The notes: a model not told the origin generated them from the sequence alone. Positions 39,552-51,109 are shown, numbered from the stretch's first letter. The stretch: 64,000 nt of DNA from Nannocystales bacterium (GCA_050633305.1 JBOEGF010000043.1:128001-192000); one strand, 5' to 3'. Numbers and translations are program-made.

Positions 39552-40463
39552 TCAGGCGTCGCGATACGCACGCACCGTCGTGTCTTCGTCAAACTCCGGC
39601 TTGAACCCGGTCGCCTCCCGAAACTCGCTGGCATCGATCACGACTGGATATTTCACGTGTTCCAGTGCTCCTCGGGGAAGCAGGGGAAGTCCAAAGCGTC
39701 CGAGGGCAGCGCGAAACAGCAGCTCGGGGATCGGAAGGTTGATTCGTCCGGCCTCTCGAATGACGACCGACAGTGGCACAGGAGGAGGTCCCGCAACGTT
39801 GTAGACGCCGCGTAGCTTCTTGGTGAGCGCCAGCACGATGGCCCTCGCCGCGTCGCGTTCGTGGAGGAACTGGAAGAGCGGGTCGAAGCCCAGCACGGTC
39901 GGTACCCGGGGTCCCTTGATGAACGCGGCCAGCGTCCCCTGCTTGAGAGGGCCGAGCGTGTAGCAGCATCGAAGGACCGCGGTGTCGATCTCGGGGTGTC
40001 TCCACAACGTGGCCCCTGCGTACAGGTCGGCCGCGACGAGGTCGGACAGCTCAGGGAACGTGTGCACCGCCATCGGGGGCTCGGCCTCGGTGTGGTACAG
40101 CGGTGAGTCTGGAGCCGCCCCGTAGTAGGTGTGGCGCCCGACAAAAATCGCGTGTTTGACCCCGTACCGGTGGCAGTGTTCGAAGAACGACTGGGTCCCT
40201 TTGAGGTTGATCCGATACCGGTCCTCACTGCGGTGCGTGAGGTGGGTGACCGTGGCCATGTGAATCACGGCCTCGGGTCGCAAGGTCCGGAACAGGTCTT
40301 CGGCCGGACGTTTGCGGATGTCGGCTTGGTAGACTTGGATCCCCTCCGGCGGGTGGTACCAGGCCCGGCGATCGACCCCGATCACCTCGTAGCCTTGCTC
40401 GTGCAGAAGTTGTGCGACCAAGCGCCCCATGTGTCCGGCGACGCCGGTGACCATGACTTTCAT
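39552..40463 (-). CDS. NAD-dependent epimerase/dehydratase (extended SDR)
   Basis: [35 protein letters not shown]. Confidence 0.9.
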   Translation of the reverse strand: MKVMVTGVAGHMGRLVAQLLHEQGYEVIGVDRRAWYHPPEGIQVYQADIRKRPAEDLFRTLRPEAVIHMATVTHLTHRSEDRYRINLKGTQSFFEHCHRYGVKHAIFVGRHTYYGAAPDSPLYHTEAEPPMAVHTFPELSDLVAADLYAGATLWRHPEIDTAVLRCCYTLGPLKQGTLAAFIKGPRVPTVLGFDPLFQFLHERDAARAIVLALTKKLRGVYNVAGPPPVPLSVVIREAGRINLPIPELLFRAALGRFGLPLLPRGALEHVKYPVVIDASEFREATGFKPEFDEDTTVRAYRDA

Positions 40464-41308
40464 GAAAGCTTGACCTCTGCGGCGGTGAGCTTGCCCTCTC
40501 GCAAGGCCCGGCCCTGCGAGATGAGTTCGGCGATCTTGCCTTTGACCAACGCGACATGCCCGGCGATGACCTCGTCGGTATCCCTCGCGTCGCCGTCGAG
40601 CATCACGGGCTCTCCGTAGATGATCTTCAGCCTCACCGGAAGAGGGACCGCCACGCCGTAGGGCGTGACGGGGACGTACGGAATTCCGAAGCGCTTGCCC
40701 AAACCGTACAGGTTGGCGACGGTGGGGATGGCCTCGCCTCCGCCGACGAACGCGACCGGGACGATGGGCGTGGCGGTCTGCAGGGCCAAGCGCACGAAGC
40801 CGGTTCCGAACGAAACCAGGGAGTCGCGCTCTCGGAACAGCTTTGCGGTCCCGCGGGCGCCCTCGGGGAAGACCATGAGCAAGCGGTCGTCCTGCAGGAG
40901 TCGGATGCAGTGCTCCGGAAGGCCCGCGAATTGTCCGAGCCGGTTGGAGAAGTTCGCCACGAACGGCATCTTCTGGATGAACTTCTCCGCCATCCCCTGC
41001 GCAAGCCGTGGGGTCTCCATCTCGAGAAAGGCCGAGGCGATGACCATCAAGGCATCGATGGCCCAGCCGCCCGAGTGGTTGCCGACGAGCATCGCGCGTC
41101 CTCGAGGCGGGACGTTGTGGATACCCACGCACTCGATGTCGAAGTAGCGCTGATAGAGGAAACGCAGCAGCGTGAAGAACTTGGCCAGCTCCTTCTTGTC
41201 CACGCCGTACGGGTCGACCCCGTGACGCGAGAAGGGGAGCTCCAGCGCATCCACGCGCTGCGCGACGTCGGGGGCGGTCGGCAGCGGGATCAGGCTCGGT
41301 GGAATCAT
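40460..41308 (-). CDS. Lysophospholipid acyltransferase family protein
   Basis: [25 protein letters not shown] overlap with the SDR gene. Confidence 0.9.
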   Translation of the reverse strand: MIPPSLIPLPTAPDVAQRVDALELPFSRHGVDPYGVDKKELAKFFTLLRFLYQRYFDIECVGIHNVPPRGRAMLVGNHSGGWAIDALMVIASAFLEMETPRLAQGMAEKFIQKMPFVANFSNRLGQFAGLPEHCIRLLQDDRLLMVFPEGARGTAKLFRERDSLVSFGTGFVRLALQTATPIVPVAFVGGGEAIPTVANLYGLGKRFGIPYVPVTPYGVAVPLPVRLKIIYGEPVMLDGDARDTDEVIAGHVALVKGKIAELISQGRALREGKLTAAEVKLS

Positions 41309-41377
41309 GAGGGAGGCAGGATCAGGTTCTCAGGGATCGGCGCCTGTGCAAAGCCGAGCCGTGGTAACAAACGGGAC

Positions 41378-41860
41378 ATGCGTCGTGCTTTGCTGCTCCT
41401 GGGTCTTGTCGGTGCCCCTCTCGCGCTCGGCTGTGGTGCGCTTCGGCAGAACCTCCGCAACCAGTTCCTCTCTTACCGCGGCGCGTGGCAGTGCCAAGGT
41501 GGCAACTGCAAGGTCGCCAAGATGGAGCGGTCGCTGAAACAACACCGGGAGGGGGAGACGAACATCACCCACGTCACGATGCACAACCAGGTCGCGATGG
41601 TGTTCAACGCCGGTGCGGTTCCCGACACGTTCAGCGCCCGAGTTTCCTGTGGCAGCGATGGCGCCGACGTCCCGGCCGAGCGCATCAAGGCGCCGGGGGA
41701 ACACGGCATCACCGCCCAGAAGGACTCCTACGTGGTCCTCATTCGGCCCAAGGACTACGCGTTCTCCGATGGCTGCAAGACCTACCGCGTCCGTGCTCAC
41801 GCGACGTGGGAGGGCGGCAAGAAGACCTACGACGCCGACGCCGGTCTCGAGCCGCAGTAG
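41378..41860 (+). CDS. Hypothetical lipoprotein
   Basis: MRRALLLLGLVGAPLALG-C. Confidence 0.72.
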   Translation: MRRALLLLGLVGAPLALGCGALRQNLRNQFLSYRGAWQCQGGNCKVAKMERSLKQHREGETNITHVTMHNQVAMVFNAGAVPDTFSARVSCGSDGADVPAERIKAPGEHGITAQKDSYVVLIRPKDYAFSDGCKTYRVRAHATWEGGKKTYDADAGLEPQ

Positions 41861-41958
41861 GCGGCGACCGAGCCGGTTCCATCGCTCCTCGCGCCTCGGT
41901 TTGAGCGTGTGAACCGACGTGGGGTTCGCCCACGCTGCGCACGAAAAACGTGACTATG

Positions 41959-43170
41959 ATGCGCGGGCCGATGTCTCGGAGGTTGGCCTTCCTGTTCGCG
42001 CTGTACGTCTGCCAAGGGCTCCCCGGGGGGTTCCTGGCCGTCGTCTTGCCCGTGGTGCTGCGCGAACAGGGCCTCGACCTCAAGACCATCGGCCTCGCAT
42101 CGTTCCTCTCCGCCCCTTGGATTCTGAAGTTCTTGTGGGCGCCGCTGGTCGATCGCTACGGGTCGTCGAGACTCGGCCGACACCGGAGCTGGCTGATCCC
42201 CGCGCAGCTCGGGATGCTGGCCGTGACCCTGGCGCTGTCCGCAGTGCGGCCCCAGGACGACCTCACTGTCGTTGTCCTGCTGTTTCTAGTGCTCAACGTG
42301 TTCGCCGCGACCCAAGACATCGCGGTCGACGGATGGGCGGTGCGTCTGCTCAAGGGCGAGGAACTCGGACCGGCCAACAGTGCCCAGGTCGGTGGGTTCA
42401 AGGTGGGCAACTTGCTCGGTGGTGGGGTGCTGGTCGGACTGCTCGGCACGATCGGCTGGGCGGGCGACTTCTGGCTGATGTCAGCCCTCATCGGCTGCGT
42501 CCTGATGTTCGTCCTCCTCACTCCCGAGCCTCAGAGCCCCAAACCGCCGCCGCGGCGCGTGCTTCCGCTGCTGTGGGCGTCGTTGCGTCGACAGGGCCTC
42601 GGGTTCTGGGGCTTCATCATGTTCGCGAAGTTCGGCGAGACGTTCGGCGGGGCGCTGACCAAGCCGATGCTGGTCGACCACGGCTACACCAAGGAGATGA
42701 TCGCGTGGCTCGATGGACTGCTGGGCGCGAGCGCGGTGATCGCCGGTGCTGTACTCGCGGGGGCCTTGGTGCGGCGCCGCGGCTGGGCCTGGACCTTGGC
42801 CGGGTGCAGCGTCGTGCAAGGCCTCGCGTTGGTCGGACTCGGCCTCCTGGCACCGGGCTCCCTTCCGGTCGCGGTGTTCGCCCCGTTGAACATGCTCGAG
42901 GCCGCCTCAGGCGGTGGCGTTGCGGTCTGCATCTTTGCGCTCGCGATGAGTCGCGCCGATGCCTCGATCGGGGCGACCGACTTCACTGCGATGCAGGTGA
43001 TGTACATGGCGGGGGCCTTTCTCGCGGCGCCGCTGGGCGGGGCGCTGGGGGACGCAGCCGGCTATCTCCCCGTGTTCTGTCTTTCGGGGACCATGGCGGT
43101 GACTCTTGGGTTGATCGCGCCAAGCGTCGGCCGGCGGTTTGAGAGGCGAAGCGATACACTGAAGATGTGA
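41959..43170 (+). CDS. AmpG/RhtX/FptX-type MFS transporter
   Basis: LY.CQGLP, PWILKFLWAPLVD, ATQDIAVDG, GATDFT; about 12 TM helices; start 41956-41971. Confidence 0.9.
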   Translation: MRGPMSRRLAFLFALYVCQGLPGGFLAVVLPVVLREQGLDLKTIGLASFLSAPWILKFLWAPLVDRYGSSRLGRHRSWLIPAQLGMLAVTLALSAVRPQDDLTVVVLLFLVLNVFAATQDIAVDGWAVRLLKGEELGPANSAQVGGFKVGNLLGGGVLVGLLGTIGWAGDFWLMSALIGCVLMFVLLTPEPQSPKPPPRRVLPLLWASLRRQGLGFWGFIMFAKFGETFGGALTKPMLVDHGYTKEMIAWLDGLLGASAVIAGAVLAGALVRRRGWAWTLAGCSVVQGLALVGLGLLAPGSLPVAVFAPLNMLEAASGGGVAVCIFALAMSRADASIGATDFTAMQVMYMAGAFLAAPLGGALGDAAGYLPVFCLSGTMAVTLGLIAPSVGRRFERRSDTLKM

Positions 43171-44330
43171 CGCACGCGATGGAGCCCGCCCGATTCGAGC
43201 AAGCGGACCCGCGCGCGCGCGGCCAGGCCCACGGGGAAATGTGGCGTGACCCGATCACGGCGCTCACGGACATTCGTCTGGGCTTGACCGTTCGCAGGAG
43301 CCGGTTCGCATCGGCACACGACGTGCGTATCGCCGCGGGGGCTCACCTACCAGTGTTGGAGAAACATCTCCCGCATCTGCATCAGGAGCTGCTGGGGATC
43401 GCCGATGGGTCCGGGTTGACCCCCGAGGACATCGTCGTGCTCAATCAGTACACGGACTTGCGCGATGTGCCGCCCGAGCGGGTCGGGTGTGCCTCGACCG
43501 AGCCGGAGATCGGAGACCCCGGCGGCTGTACGGCAGTCTACTTCACCGGGGCGGAGGGCCCCGTTCTTGGGCAGACCTGGGACATGCACGCTTCGGCGGA
43601 GCCGTTCGTTCGCATGATGTCCATCGAGCCGAAGGGAAGTGAGCAGCAGGTGCTGTGTTTCACGCTCACGGGGTGTTTGGGCATGGCAGGCCTGGGACAG
43701 GATGCGGTGGGGGTGACGATCAACAACCTCTCGAGTACCGACGGTGGACTCGGCGTCGTGTGGCCCGCGGTTGTACGCGCGATGTTGGAGGCGCCGTCGG
43801 CACGGGCGGCGCGCGACCGCCTCCTCGCGCTCCCGTTGAGCAGCGGCCACTACTACACGCTGGCGGACGGGCGAGACTTCTTCGGATACGAGACCAGCGG
43901 CGAGCTGAAGGTCTTGACGCAGTGCGGGCCTCGGGCTGCGCACCTGCACACCAACCACTGCTTCGATCCCGTGCTTCGCCAACGGGAGGCCGTCCCTCGG
44001 GGGAGCACGTCCTTCGGACGCCTCAACATGGCGACGACGCTCTACGCACAGCAGCGACCTTCGACGCTGGACGAACTCTGGTCGCTCCTGGGCAGCCACG
44101 AGGGGCAGCCTGGCACGCAGTTGTGCACCCACCAGGACGAGGTGCACGACGACGACTCGTACTCACGGACGTGCGGTCGCATCGCGATGCGGCTGCGTAG
44201 CGGAGAGGTTCGCGCCGCTCGGGGTTGCTCGCGAAGCGACCCGGGCCTCGATGTTCGCCTCGGGCGGTACAACGCACCGCCCCAGCTGCCTCCCGGCGAG
44301 ATGTCTCGCTTCGCGACGGTCAAAGGCTGA
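43167..44330 (+). CDS. C45-family autoproteolytic acyltransferase/hydrolase
   Basis: RGQAHG, ELLGIADG, GGCTA nucleophile site, GQTWD, HTNH. Confidence 0.88.
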   Translation: MTHAMEPARFEQADPRARGQAHGEMWRDPITALTDIRLGLTVRRSRFASAHDVRIAAGAHLPVLEKHLPHLHQELLGIADGSGLTPEDIVVLNQYTDLRDVPPERVGCASTEPEIGDPGGCTAVYFTGAEGPVLGQTWDMHASAEPFVRMMSIEPKGSEQQVLCFTLTGCLGMAGLGQDAVGVTINNLSSTDGGLGVVWPAVVRAMLEAPSARAARDRLLALPLSSGHYYTLADGRDFFGYETSGELKVLTQCGPRAAHLHTNHCFDPVLRQREAVPRGSTSFGRLNMATTLYAQQRPSTLDELWSLLGSHEGQPGTQLCTHQDEVHDDDSYSRTCGRIAMRLRSGEVRAARGCSRSDPGLDVRLGRYNAPPQLPPGEMSRFATVKG

Positions 44331-44341
44331 CCGCCGGGTCT

Positions 44342-45403
44342 TCACCCCACCGCGATGGCGATGCCGCCCATCAGGACGAGGTAGATCACGAAACCAGTCA
44401 TGCGGCCCTTGCCCACGAGGTAGAGCAGGCCGCGTAGCGACAGCAGACCCACGACGAGACTCGCTACGAAGCCCGCGGCAAAGGGGACGACCGCGATGCT
44501 CTCACCCGATGCGCTGTCTCCGAGAATGTCGAGGACCTCCTTGGCCGTCGCTCCGCCCACGGCGATGAGGCTGATCAGGAACGAGAAGCGCGCGGCTCGT
44601 GGCCGGTCGAGACCCACGGCCAGGCCTGCCGCGATGGTGCTGCCGCTGCGCGAGATACCCGGGAGGACCGCGAAGACTTGGGCGATGCCGATGAGAATCG
44701 CTTGCTTGGCGGTTGGCGGCTCGTCGCTGAGCTCGCCTTCGCCTCGTCCCGGTCGAAATGCGGCGAACAGGATCGCGGCCGTCACGAGCAGCGCGACGCC
44801 GACCCATCGCACCTCGCTCTCCATCGAGACCACCAGGTCTTCGACCGCAGGAACGAGTGCGATGCCCAGGGGCAACGATGCGAGCAGCATGCGAAGCAGC
44901 CGACGACGATCGGGGGTGTCGTTCGCCGGTTGCACGAGGACCCCGAACAGCTTGCGAACGTCCTGCCGGTACACCCAAAGGACCGCGATCAAGGTGCCGG
45001 CATGCAGCACGATGTTGAATCGGTGTCCGGCGGATTCGGGATCGATGCCGAGCCAGGCTTGGCCCAGCGAGAGGTGCCCGGAGGAGCTTACGGGAAGGAA
45101 CTCGGTGGCGCCCTGAATCGCGCCGAGCAGGATCGCGAACCACACGGTGAGCTCGTTGCTCCCCGAGGGGCTCGACGAGGCCCACGCGCTGCTCGAAGCG
45201 AACCCGGCCACCACCAAGAGGGCGAGCGCGATACCCTTGCCACGGTGAGCGTGGCGGGGATTCTTGGAGCCGTCTTGGGTGGGGTGGCCGCGGTGCAAGG
45301 GACGGCTTGGCTCGGTGGCACCCGTGTCGGGACCCGGCGGCGTCGACAGGGGGCCGTGCTCGCGCCCAGTGGTCTCGCGTTGGTGCTGGTGTCCCTGCTT
45401 CAC
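44342..45403 (-). CDS. uppP: Undecaprenyl-diphosphate phosphatase with N-terminal extension
   Basis: QGATEFLPVSSSGH, HAGT, PGISRSG, AARFSFL; start uncertain. Confidence 0.92.
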   Translation of the reverse strand: MKQGHQHQRETTGREHGPLSTPPGPDTGATEPSRPLHRGHPTQDGSKNPRHAHRGKGIALALLVVAGFASSSAWASSSPSGSNELTVWFAILLGAIQGATEFLPVSSSGHLSLGQAWLGIDPESAGHRFNIVLHAGTLIAVLWVYRQDVRKLFGVLVQPANDTPDRRRLLRMLLASLPLGIALVPAVEDLVVSMESEVRWVGVALLVTAAILFAAFRPGRGEGELSDEPPTAKQAILIGIAQVFAVLPGISRSGSTIAAGLAVGLDRPRAARFSFLISLIAVGGATAKEVLDILGDSASGESIAVVPFAAGFVASLVVGLLSLRGLLYLVGKGRMTGFVIYLVLMGGIAIAVG

Positions 45404-45449
45404 GTGCTCGTCCCCGGTTTCTTGGGGCCTTGACCCCGCAGCCCTCTAC

Positions 45450-47219
45450 CTACGCGTTCTCGTCGGGTGGGCGCAAGGGCACGACCTCAGCCAGCTCACC
45501 CTCGATGGGGTCGCTGGGTGGTTCGAGCGTCCGGCCCCGGGCCCACAGGTGGTGCTCGATGGCCCCGAGCAGTTCTCTGGTCGAGGCGCGCTCCAGCGCG
45601 CTGATGAAGAACGCGCGCGTGATCTCCAGTCGCACGCCACGACGCCGCCGTTCGAGGATCTCGATGTCCTCGGGCAGCACGCCATCGCACTTGTTGTAGA
45701 CGATGAATCTCGGAATGGAGCCCGCATCGAGTTCTCCGAGGATCGACTCCACGGTCTCGATCTGTTGCTCCTTGTCGGGGTCGGTCGCGTCGACGACATG
45801 CAGCAGCAAGTCGGCGCCAGCGACTTCCTCAAGTGTGGCCGAGAACGCCTGCATGAGGGCAGGGGGCAGGTCGCGGATGAACCCCACGGTGTCGAGCATC
45901 ACGATCTCCCGCTCGTTCGGGAATCGAATGCGGCGGACGGTGGGATCGAGGGTTGCGAACAGCTTGTCCTGCGCGTCGACCTTGCTCTGGGTCACGGTGT
46001 TGAGGAGCGTGCTCTTGCCCGCGTTCGTGTAGCCAACGATCGCGACGACCGGCACGTTGTTGCGTTGCCGGCGAGCCCGTTTCTGATCGCGCTGCGTCTT
46101 GAGTCGTTTGAGTCGGCGCTCGAGGTCGCTGATGCGGTCGTTGGCGCGCCGTCTGTCGATCTCGAGCTTGCTCTCACCGGGCCCCTGTCCTCCGATGCCG
46201 CCTGCGAGGCGCGACATCATCGAGCCCTTTCCCATCATCTTGGGCAGGTTGTAGCGTAGCTGCGCCAGCTCGACCTGAAGCTTGCCGTCGGCACTGGTGG
46301 CGTGCTTGGCGAAGATGTCCAGGATGAGCATCGTGCGATCGATGACCTTGAGGTCTGTGAGATCGGCGATGGTGCGGGCCTGGGACGCGCTGAGCTCGGG
46401 GTCACAGATCAGGACCTCGACGTCTTGCTCGAGCGCGTGCACGAGCACCTCGCGGAGCTTGCCCGAGCCCAAGAACGTTCGTGGGTCGGGGTGAGGGCGC
46501 CGCTGCTTGACCAAGTCGATCAGCGCGACGCCTGCGGTCTGGCACAACTCGCGCAGCTCGTTGATGCGTGCGTCGAGGTGTGGCCCGCCTTTGTGCACGA
46601 CCATGGCCATCGCACGGGTGCCGTCGGTCTCGGCTCGGGCGCGTGCGGTGGAGGCGACGAGCTCGGCCTCGCGTTCGCGCAGGAATGCGTCGAACGGGAC
46701 CGGAAGCTCTCCGCTGGCCGGGGGTCCGTTGTCGGGGTCGAGGAGCGCGAGCGGGACCCGCGGGAGCACGGAGATGGTGAAGGCTTCCTTGGCGCCGGGC
46801 GCGGGAGGGGCCAACATCGCGACGTCGGCCATGATGCCGGCGGGGCCGCGGTGCACCGACGTCACCAGGTCGAGCCGCAGCTTGGCGAGGTCGGCGAGCT
46901 CTTCGCGATCGAGCCCTTGGGCCACGAGGTGGCTGGCCACGAGCCGGACGCCGCGCAGACGCCCGGCGACGCCGCGCACCCGGTCGAACTCGGGCAGCTG
47001 CATGCTGTGTGCATCCCCCAAAATGACGGATGTGACCCGGCCGCGGCGGTCGAGGAACAAGCCCACCCGACGGTTGAGTTCGAGGGCGACCTCGAGGAGG
47101 TCGCGGGCGAGGGCGGGTCCGACGACCCGATCGGGCAGAACCGTACGCTCGCCCAGTCGCTGAAGGAGCCGGACGTGGCTGGGCTTCAGGCTGGACGTAT
47201 CACCGTGGAGCTTGGTCAA
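45450..47219 (-). CDS. hflX: GTPase HflX (long form)
   Basis: DRTMLILDIF, GKLQVELAQL, GPGESKLE.DRR, GYTNAGKST, LFATLD, DTVGFI, NKCD. Confidence 0.96.
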   Translation of the reverse strand: MTKLHGDTSSLKPSHVRLLQRLGERTVLPDRVVGPALARDLLEVALELNRRVGLFLDRRGRVTSVILGDAHSMQLPEFDRVRGVAGRLRGVRLVASHLVAQGLDREELADLAKLRLDLVTSVHRGPAGIMADVAMLAPPAPGAKEAFTISVLPRVPLALLDPDNGPPASGELPVPFDAFLREREAELVASTARARAETDGTRAMAMVVHKGGPHLDARINELRELCQTAGVALIDLVKQRRPHPDPRTFLGSGKLREVLVHALEQDVEVLICDPELSASQARTIADLTDLKVIDRTMLILDIFAKHATSADGKLQVELAQLRYNLPKMMGKGSMMSRLAGGIGGQGPGESKLEIDRRRANDRISDLERRLKRLKTQRDQKRARRQRNNVPVVAIVGYTNAGKSTLLNTVTQSKVDAQDKLFATLDPTVRRIRFPNEREIVMLDTVGFIRDLPPALMQAFSATLEEVAGADLLLHVVDATDPDKEQQIETVESILGELDAGSIPRFIVYNKCDGVLPEDIEILERRRRGVRLEITRAFFISALERASTRELLGAIEHHLWARGRTLEPPSDPIEGELAEVVPLRPPDENA

Positions 47220-47316
47220 GGCGTGGTGTTCCTGTCTTCTGAGCCGACAGGCCTAGCACAAGCATGGTGCCGACGGTACCGGCGGGCGCCGTCGGAGCGT
47301 GCGCTGACGATCCCGC

Positions 47317-49185
47317 TCAGCCGTGGCCGTCGAGGACCTTGAGCGCCACGGCGAGAGCCTGAGACGCGCGGCGTTCGGCATCGCGACGGGTCGAGAGTGT
47401 GGTCGTGATCGCGTCGAGCTTGGTGCGCAGTTCGTCGGACTGAGCGCTGAGCGACTCGAGCTCGGCCTGCTGTGCATCGAGCTTGCTCTGCATGCCGCTG
47501 ACCGCCTCGGCGCTTTGGCTCTTCTCGTCTTCCAGCTCTTTCTTCAGCGCATCGCGCTCGGTCTGCGCGGAGACCTCGGCGGAGGTCAGCTCGGCGCGGA
47601 GCTTTTCGACCTCGGCTCGGGCGTTGCGCTGCGTCTCTTCCGCGTCCGCCGTGACTTTCTCCAAGGCGGTGCGGTGTTGAGCCTCCGCGAACTCGATCTC
47701 CGCCTGATGCTCGGCCGCCTGCGAGGCGATCGACTTGGCGACCTGCTCGTTGGTCGACTGCTTCGCAGCTTCTTCCTTCGCGGCGATGTCGGCTTCTGCC
47801 TGTGCCTTCACCGACTCGACGTCGGCCTTGGCGGTCTCCAGCTCCGTCTTGGTGCCTTCGAGTTCGGAACGCACCGTCTCGGCGGTGGCCCGGGACTCGG
47901 TCAGGTCCGACTCGAGGCTTGCGGCGCGGCCCTTGAGTTCCTCGAGCTGCTCGCCCAACTGGGCGGAGGCGTTCTCGGCCGAGGTCAGCTCGTTGCGGAC
48001 TGCCTCGAGCTGTCCGTTGGCGGAGGCTGCGTTCGCCGTCGCCTCGTCGCGAGCGGCCACGGCGGTGGAGAGTTGTTCCTCGACCTCCTTCAGCTTCTTC
48101 TGGGTGTGGTCGAAGCGGGTCTTGAGGCCCTCCTCGCGCTTGAGGATGGTGTTCTTGTCCCGGACGGCGGCCTTGGACTGCTCCTGCGAGGTGAGCTTGC
48201 TGTCTTCGAGCAACAGCAGCTTCTCCTCGAGGTCGCCGATCTGTGAGAGCAGCTCGCGGTTCTTGTGCTTGGCGTCGAGGACGCCACGTTCCTGGGACTC
48301 GAGTTCGTCCTTGAGCGAGAGAATCTCTCGGTTCTTCGCGTTGACCTGGGACTTGAGCGTGAGGACTTCGCGCTGCGCCTTGAACTCAGTGGCGGCGTCG
48401 CCATCGCTGGGGTCGGTTGCCACGGGCTCGGGCTCAGCCTCCGGAATGACCTCGGGCTCGGGGTCGGGCTCGGGCTCGGGCTCGGGGTCGGGCTCGACGG
48501 CGATTTCAGGCTCGGGGTCGGGCTCAAGTTCGATCTCGGGCTCAACGGCGATTTCAGGCTCGGGCTCGGCTGCGACCGCGGGCTCGGGCTCGGGGGCGCT
48601 CGCGTCCTCACTGCCGCCGCCCATGAGCGCGTCAAAGGCCGCGTCGGTTTCTTCGCCCAGTTCCTCGTCCATCTCTGCAAACTCCTCGTCGAACTCCGGC
48701 ATGTCGAGGCCGCTGCTGGCCGCGGCTGCTCCATCCGCATCGTCATCAAGGTCCTCGAGGTCGACGTCGAGACCGGACTCAGCTTCGACTTCGACTTCGA
48801 CTTCAGCTCCTTCGGCAAGCGTGATGTGCTCTCGAACCGCATCGACCAGTGTGTCGCCGGCGAAGGGGAACTTGAGGTACGCGTCGGCATGCGTCTTCAA
48901 CGTCCGGTGCTGGTTGAAGACGTCGTCCGAGACACCCGATGCGTACATCACCAAAGGGATGTCCTTGATGTCGTCGGAACGTCGAAGCTTGTTGCAAACC
49001 GAGAAGCCGGACGCGTTCGGAAGCTCGACCCGCAAGAAGATGATGGCGGGCGTCGCATCACGGGCGATCGACATCGCCTCTTCTTTGTCTTGCGTCGAGG
49101 TGATCTCGAAGCCGTAGGGCTTGAGCGTCGTCTCGATGTTCGTGGTGGCATCCTGATCGGCGTCGATGATCAGCGCTGAAGGCAC
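47317..49185 (-). CDS. frzS: FrzS/AglZ-type pseudo-receiver + acidic linker + coiled-coil protein
   Basis: Receiver lacks the phosphoacceptor Asp (FLRVELP); [14 protein letters not shown] resembles the FrzS motif as I recall it; about 350-aa coiled coil; follows an ECF sigma/anti-sigma pair. Confidence 0.72.
   Translation of the reverse strand: MPSALIIDADQDATTNIETTLKPYGFEITSTQDKEEAMSIARDATPAIIFLRVELPNASGFSVCNKLRRSDDIKDIPLVMYASGVSDDVFNQHRTLKTHADAYLKFPFAGDTLVDAVREHITLAEGAEVEVEVEAESGLDVDLEDLDDDADGAAAASSGLDMPEFDEEFAEMDEELGEETDAAFDALMGGGSEDASAPEPEPAVAAEPEPEIAVEPEIELEPDPEPEIAVEPDPEPEPEPDPEPEVIPEAEPEPVATDPSDGDAATEFKAQREVLTLKSQVNAKNREILSLKDELESQERGVLDAKHKNRELLSQIGDLEEKLLLLEDSKLTSQEQSKAAVRDKNTILKREEGLKTRFDHTQKKLKEVEEQLSTAVAARDEATANAASANGQLEAVRNELTSAENASAQLGEQLEELKGRAASLESDLTESRATAETVRSELEGTKTELETAKADVESVKAQAEADIAAKEEAAKQSTNEQVAKSIASQAAEHQAEIEFAEAQHRTALEKVTADAEETQRNARAEVEKLRAELTSAEVSAQTERDALKKELEDEKSQSAEAVSGMQSKLDAQQAELESLSAQSDELRTKLDAITTTLSTRRDAERRASQALAVALKVLDGHG
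48424..48595 (-). repeat. PE-rich coding repeat ([11 protein letters not shown])
   Basis: Tandem ggctcg/gggtcg hexamers on the + strand. Confidence 0.75.
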
Positions 49186-49223
49186 GGAGGCGAGACTATC
49201 CCGCTGTCTGCGCCGGGCCAACC

Positions 49224-49265
49224 AAAAACGCGCCCCGAACCCCATTTAGAAGGGGTCGGGCGCGT
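49224..49265 (-). terminator. Intrinsic terminator after the anti-sigma gene
   Basis: Minus strand ACGCGCCCGACCCC-TTCTAAAT-GGGGTTCGGGGCGCGT then TTTT. Confidence 0.65.
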
Positions 49266-49290
49266 GTTCAGGTATGTGCGTCGGGCGAGG

Positions 49291-50310
49291 CTACCGACTC
49301 GCGGCGCGGCGGACGGACGGCTCACGTGCCAGCTGATGCGCCATGTCGAGCAGCACGGAGAAGTCTGGAGAGTCGACCTTGACCGTGCCGGACCGGGCCG
49401 CGCTGCCCTCGAGGGTCAGTTGATGGGACACACCGCCGTGCTCAAAGTGAAGAGTGGGGCCGCCCGGGTCGTGGCTCACCGTATAGGGCTGACCGCGGAA
49501 CACCACCGTTGTGCCACTTGGCTGCGGGCCTCCGATCGGCCGCTGGCGGTCGACGATGTGCTGGATGTGGTCGCCGGAGATTCGGTATCGCAGCCTCGCA
49601 CCGAGGCTCGACGCGCCCGCATGGGGATCCAGCCGCGCGCCCACGAGCTGTACCCGCTCTTCAGGTCTCGACGGGGCGACCTGCAGCGGGAAGTCGAGCT
49701 GGGGTCGGATCTCATCGAGCTCGGACAAGCCGGGCCGGTTGGCGGCGGTTTTCGAGCGGTCGCCCGACGAATCCGTCGGCGGTTCCGCGACGGGCGCGCG
49801 GCTCATCGCGGCAGAGAGGCCTGGCCCTGGGAGTTGCTGAACAGGTTCCAGGCCCCCTTGCGCGACGAAGAACAGGCCGGCGGCGACTGCGGCGGCCGGG
49901 ATCATCACCATGCCGCCCCGGATCAGGTCACGCACTCGACCGCCGCGACGAGACCCCATCGAGACGACGTTGGTGTCTTCCTCGGACGGAGGAGGGCCGG
50001 GATCGGCCAGTGGCGTGCCGCCCATCGCATCGAGTCCGGCCTGGCCGAAGTCGGTTTGCTCAGCCTGCTCGGCGTTGTCGAGGGCGGCGAGCACATTCGC
50101 CCTCAACCCGGCGGGGGCGGTCTCTTTTTCGATCGAGCGAAGTGTGGCGCGCACCCACATCTGCTCCGAAACGGCCGACCTGCACGCGGCGCATCGCTCG
50201 AGGTGGTCGGAGACCGTGTGCTGCTCTTCGTCGGCGAGCTCACCGTCGACATAGGGTTGGAGCAGCGCAGCGAACTCGCTGCATTCGGAACGGATATTTT
50301 CAAGGCTCAT
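49291..50310 (-). CDS. Zinc-finger (ZAS, zf-HC2) anti-sigma factor
   Basis: YVDGEL...[10 protein letters not shown] helix; ATGA overlap with the sigma gene. Confidence 0.88.
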   Translation of the reverse strand: MSLENIRSECSEFAALLQPYVDGELADEEQHTVSDHLERCAACRSAVSEQMWVRATLRSIEKETAPAGLRANVLAALDNAEQAEQTDFGQAGLDAMGGTPLADPGPPPSEEDTNVVSMGSRRGGRVRDLIRGGMVMIPAAAVAAGLFFVAQGGLEPVQQLPGPGLSAAMSRAPVAEPPTDSSGDRSKTAANRPGLSELDEIRPQLDFPLQVAPSRPEERVQLVGARLDPHAGASSLGARLRYRISGDHIQHIVDRQRPIGGPQPSGTTVVFRGQPYTVSHDPGGPTLHFEHGGVSHQLTLEGSAARSGTVKVDSPDFSVLLDMAHQLAREPSVRRAASR

Positions 50311-51002
50311 GCGTTGCCCCGCTTGCGGTAGGCGGACATGGAGACGGTTTTGCCGTCGATTGATTCGTCAGAACTCGGGGAACTCGGTGAGTCGCTGGCC
50401 GACGCTCCTGCATCCGGAGCTGCCTTGGGCGCCTCAGGCTCGACGAGCCCGAGTTCGGTGGCGTGGTCGCGCAACAGCTTGTGGAGCAGCCGACGTCCTC
50501 GGTAAATCCGGGACATCACCGTACCGATCGGGCAGTCCATGACCTCGGCGATCTCCTTGTAGGCCAGGCCTTCGAGATCCGCGAGCATGACGGCGGTACG
50601 GTAGTCCTCGGGAATGGTGTCGAGCGCGGCCATGATGCGCTCGCGAGTGAACCGTTGCGCGGTCGCAGCTTCGGGTCCCGGGACCTTGGCGGTGGGGTGC
50701 CCGACGGCGGCCTCGGACCCCAGCGAGCTCAGCTGGGCCTCGAGATCGTGTTGTGCGCTACGGCGTCGGTTGCTGCGGTGGTAGCGGTTGATGAACGTGT
50801 TCCGCAGGATGGTGAACATCCACGCTTTGATGCTCGTGCCGGTCTTGAACGTGTGCCAGAACCGGTAGGCGCGGACGTAGGCGTCCTGAACCAGATCCTC
50901 GGCCTCGGCGGGATTGCGAGTCAAGCGAAGCGCGGCGCCGTACATGGCGTCGAGCTGGGGGAGAGCTGTCTTTTCGAAATCCTGCCTGGCGTTTGGGTTC
51001 AT
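50307..51002 (-). CDS. ECF RNA polymerase sigma factor
   Basis: [53 protein letters not shown]. Confidence 0.95.
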   Translation of the reverse strand: MNPNARQDFEKTALPQLDAMYGAALRLTRNPAEAEDLVQDAYVRAYRFWHTFKTGTSIKAWMFTILRNTFINRYHRSNRRRSAQHDLEAQLSSLGSEAAVGHPTAKVPGPEAATAQRFTRERIMAALDTIPEDYRTAVMLADLEGLAYKEIAEVMDCPIGTVMSRIYRGRRLLHKLLRDHATELGLVEPEAPKAAPDAGASASDSPSSPSSDESIDGKTVSMSAYRKRGNA

Positions 51003-51109
51003 TAGGGTGCTCCCGAGTACCAGCGCGCCTCCGGGGGTATTCCCGGGGGGTTGAGGAAAATCGCCCCGCGGTGTTCGCGCGGCTCCTGACCGTTATTCTT
51101 CGCGCCCTC

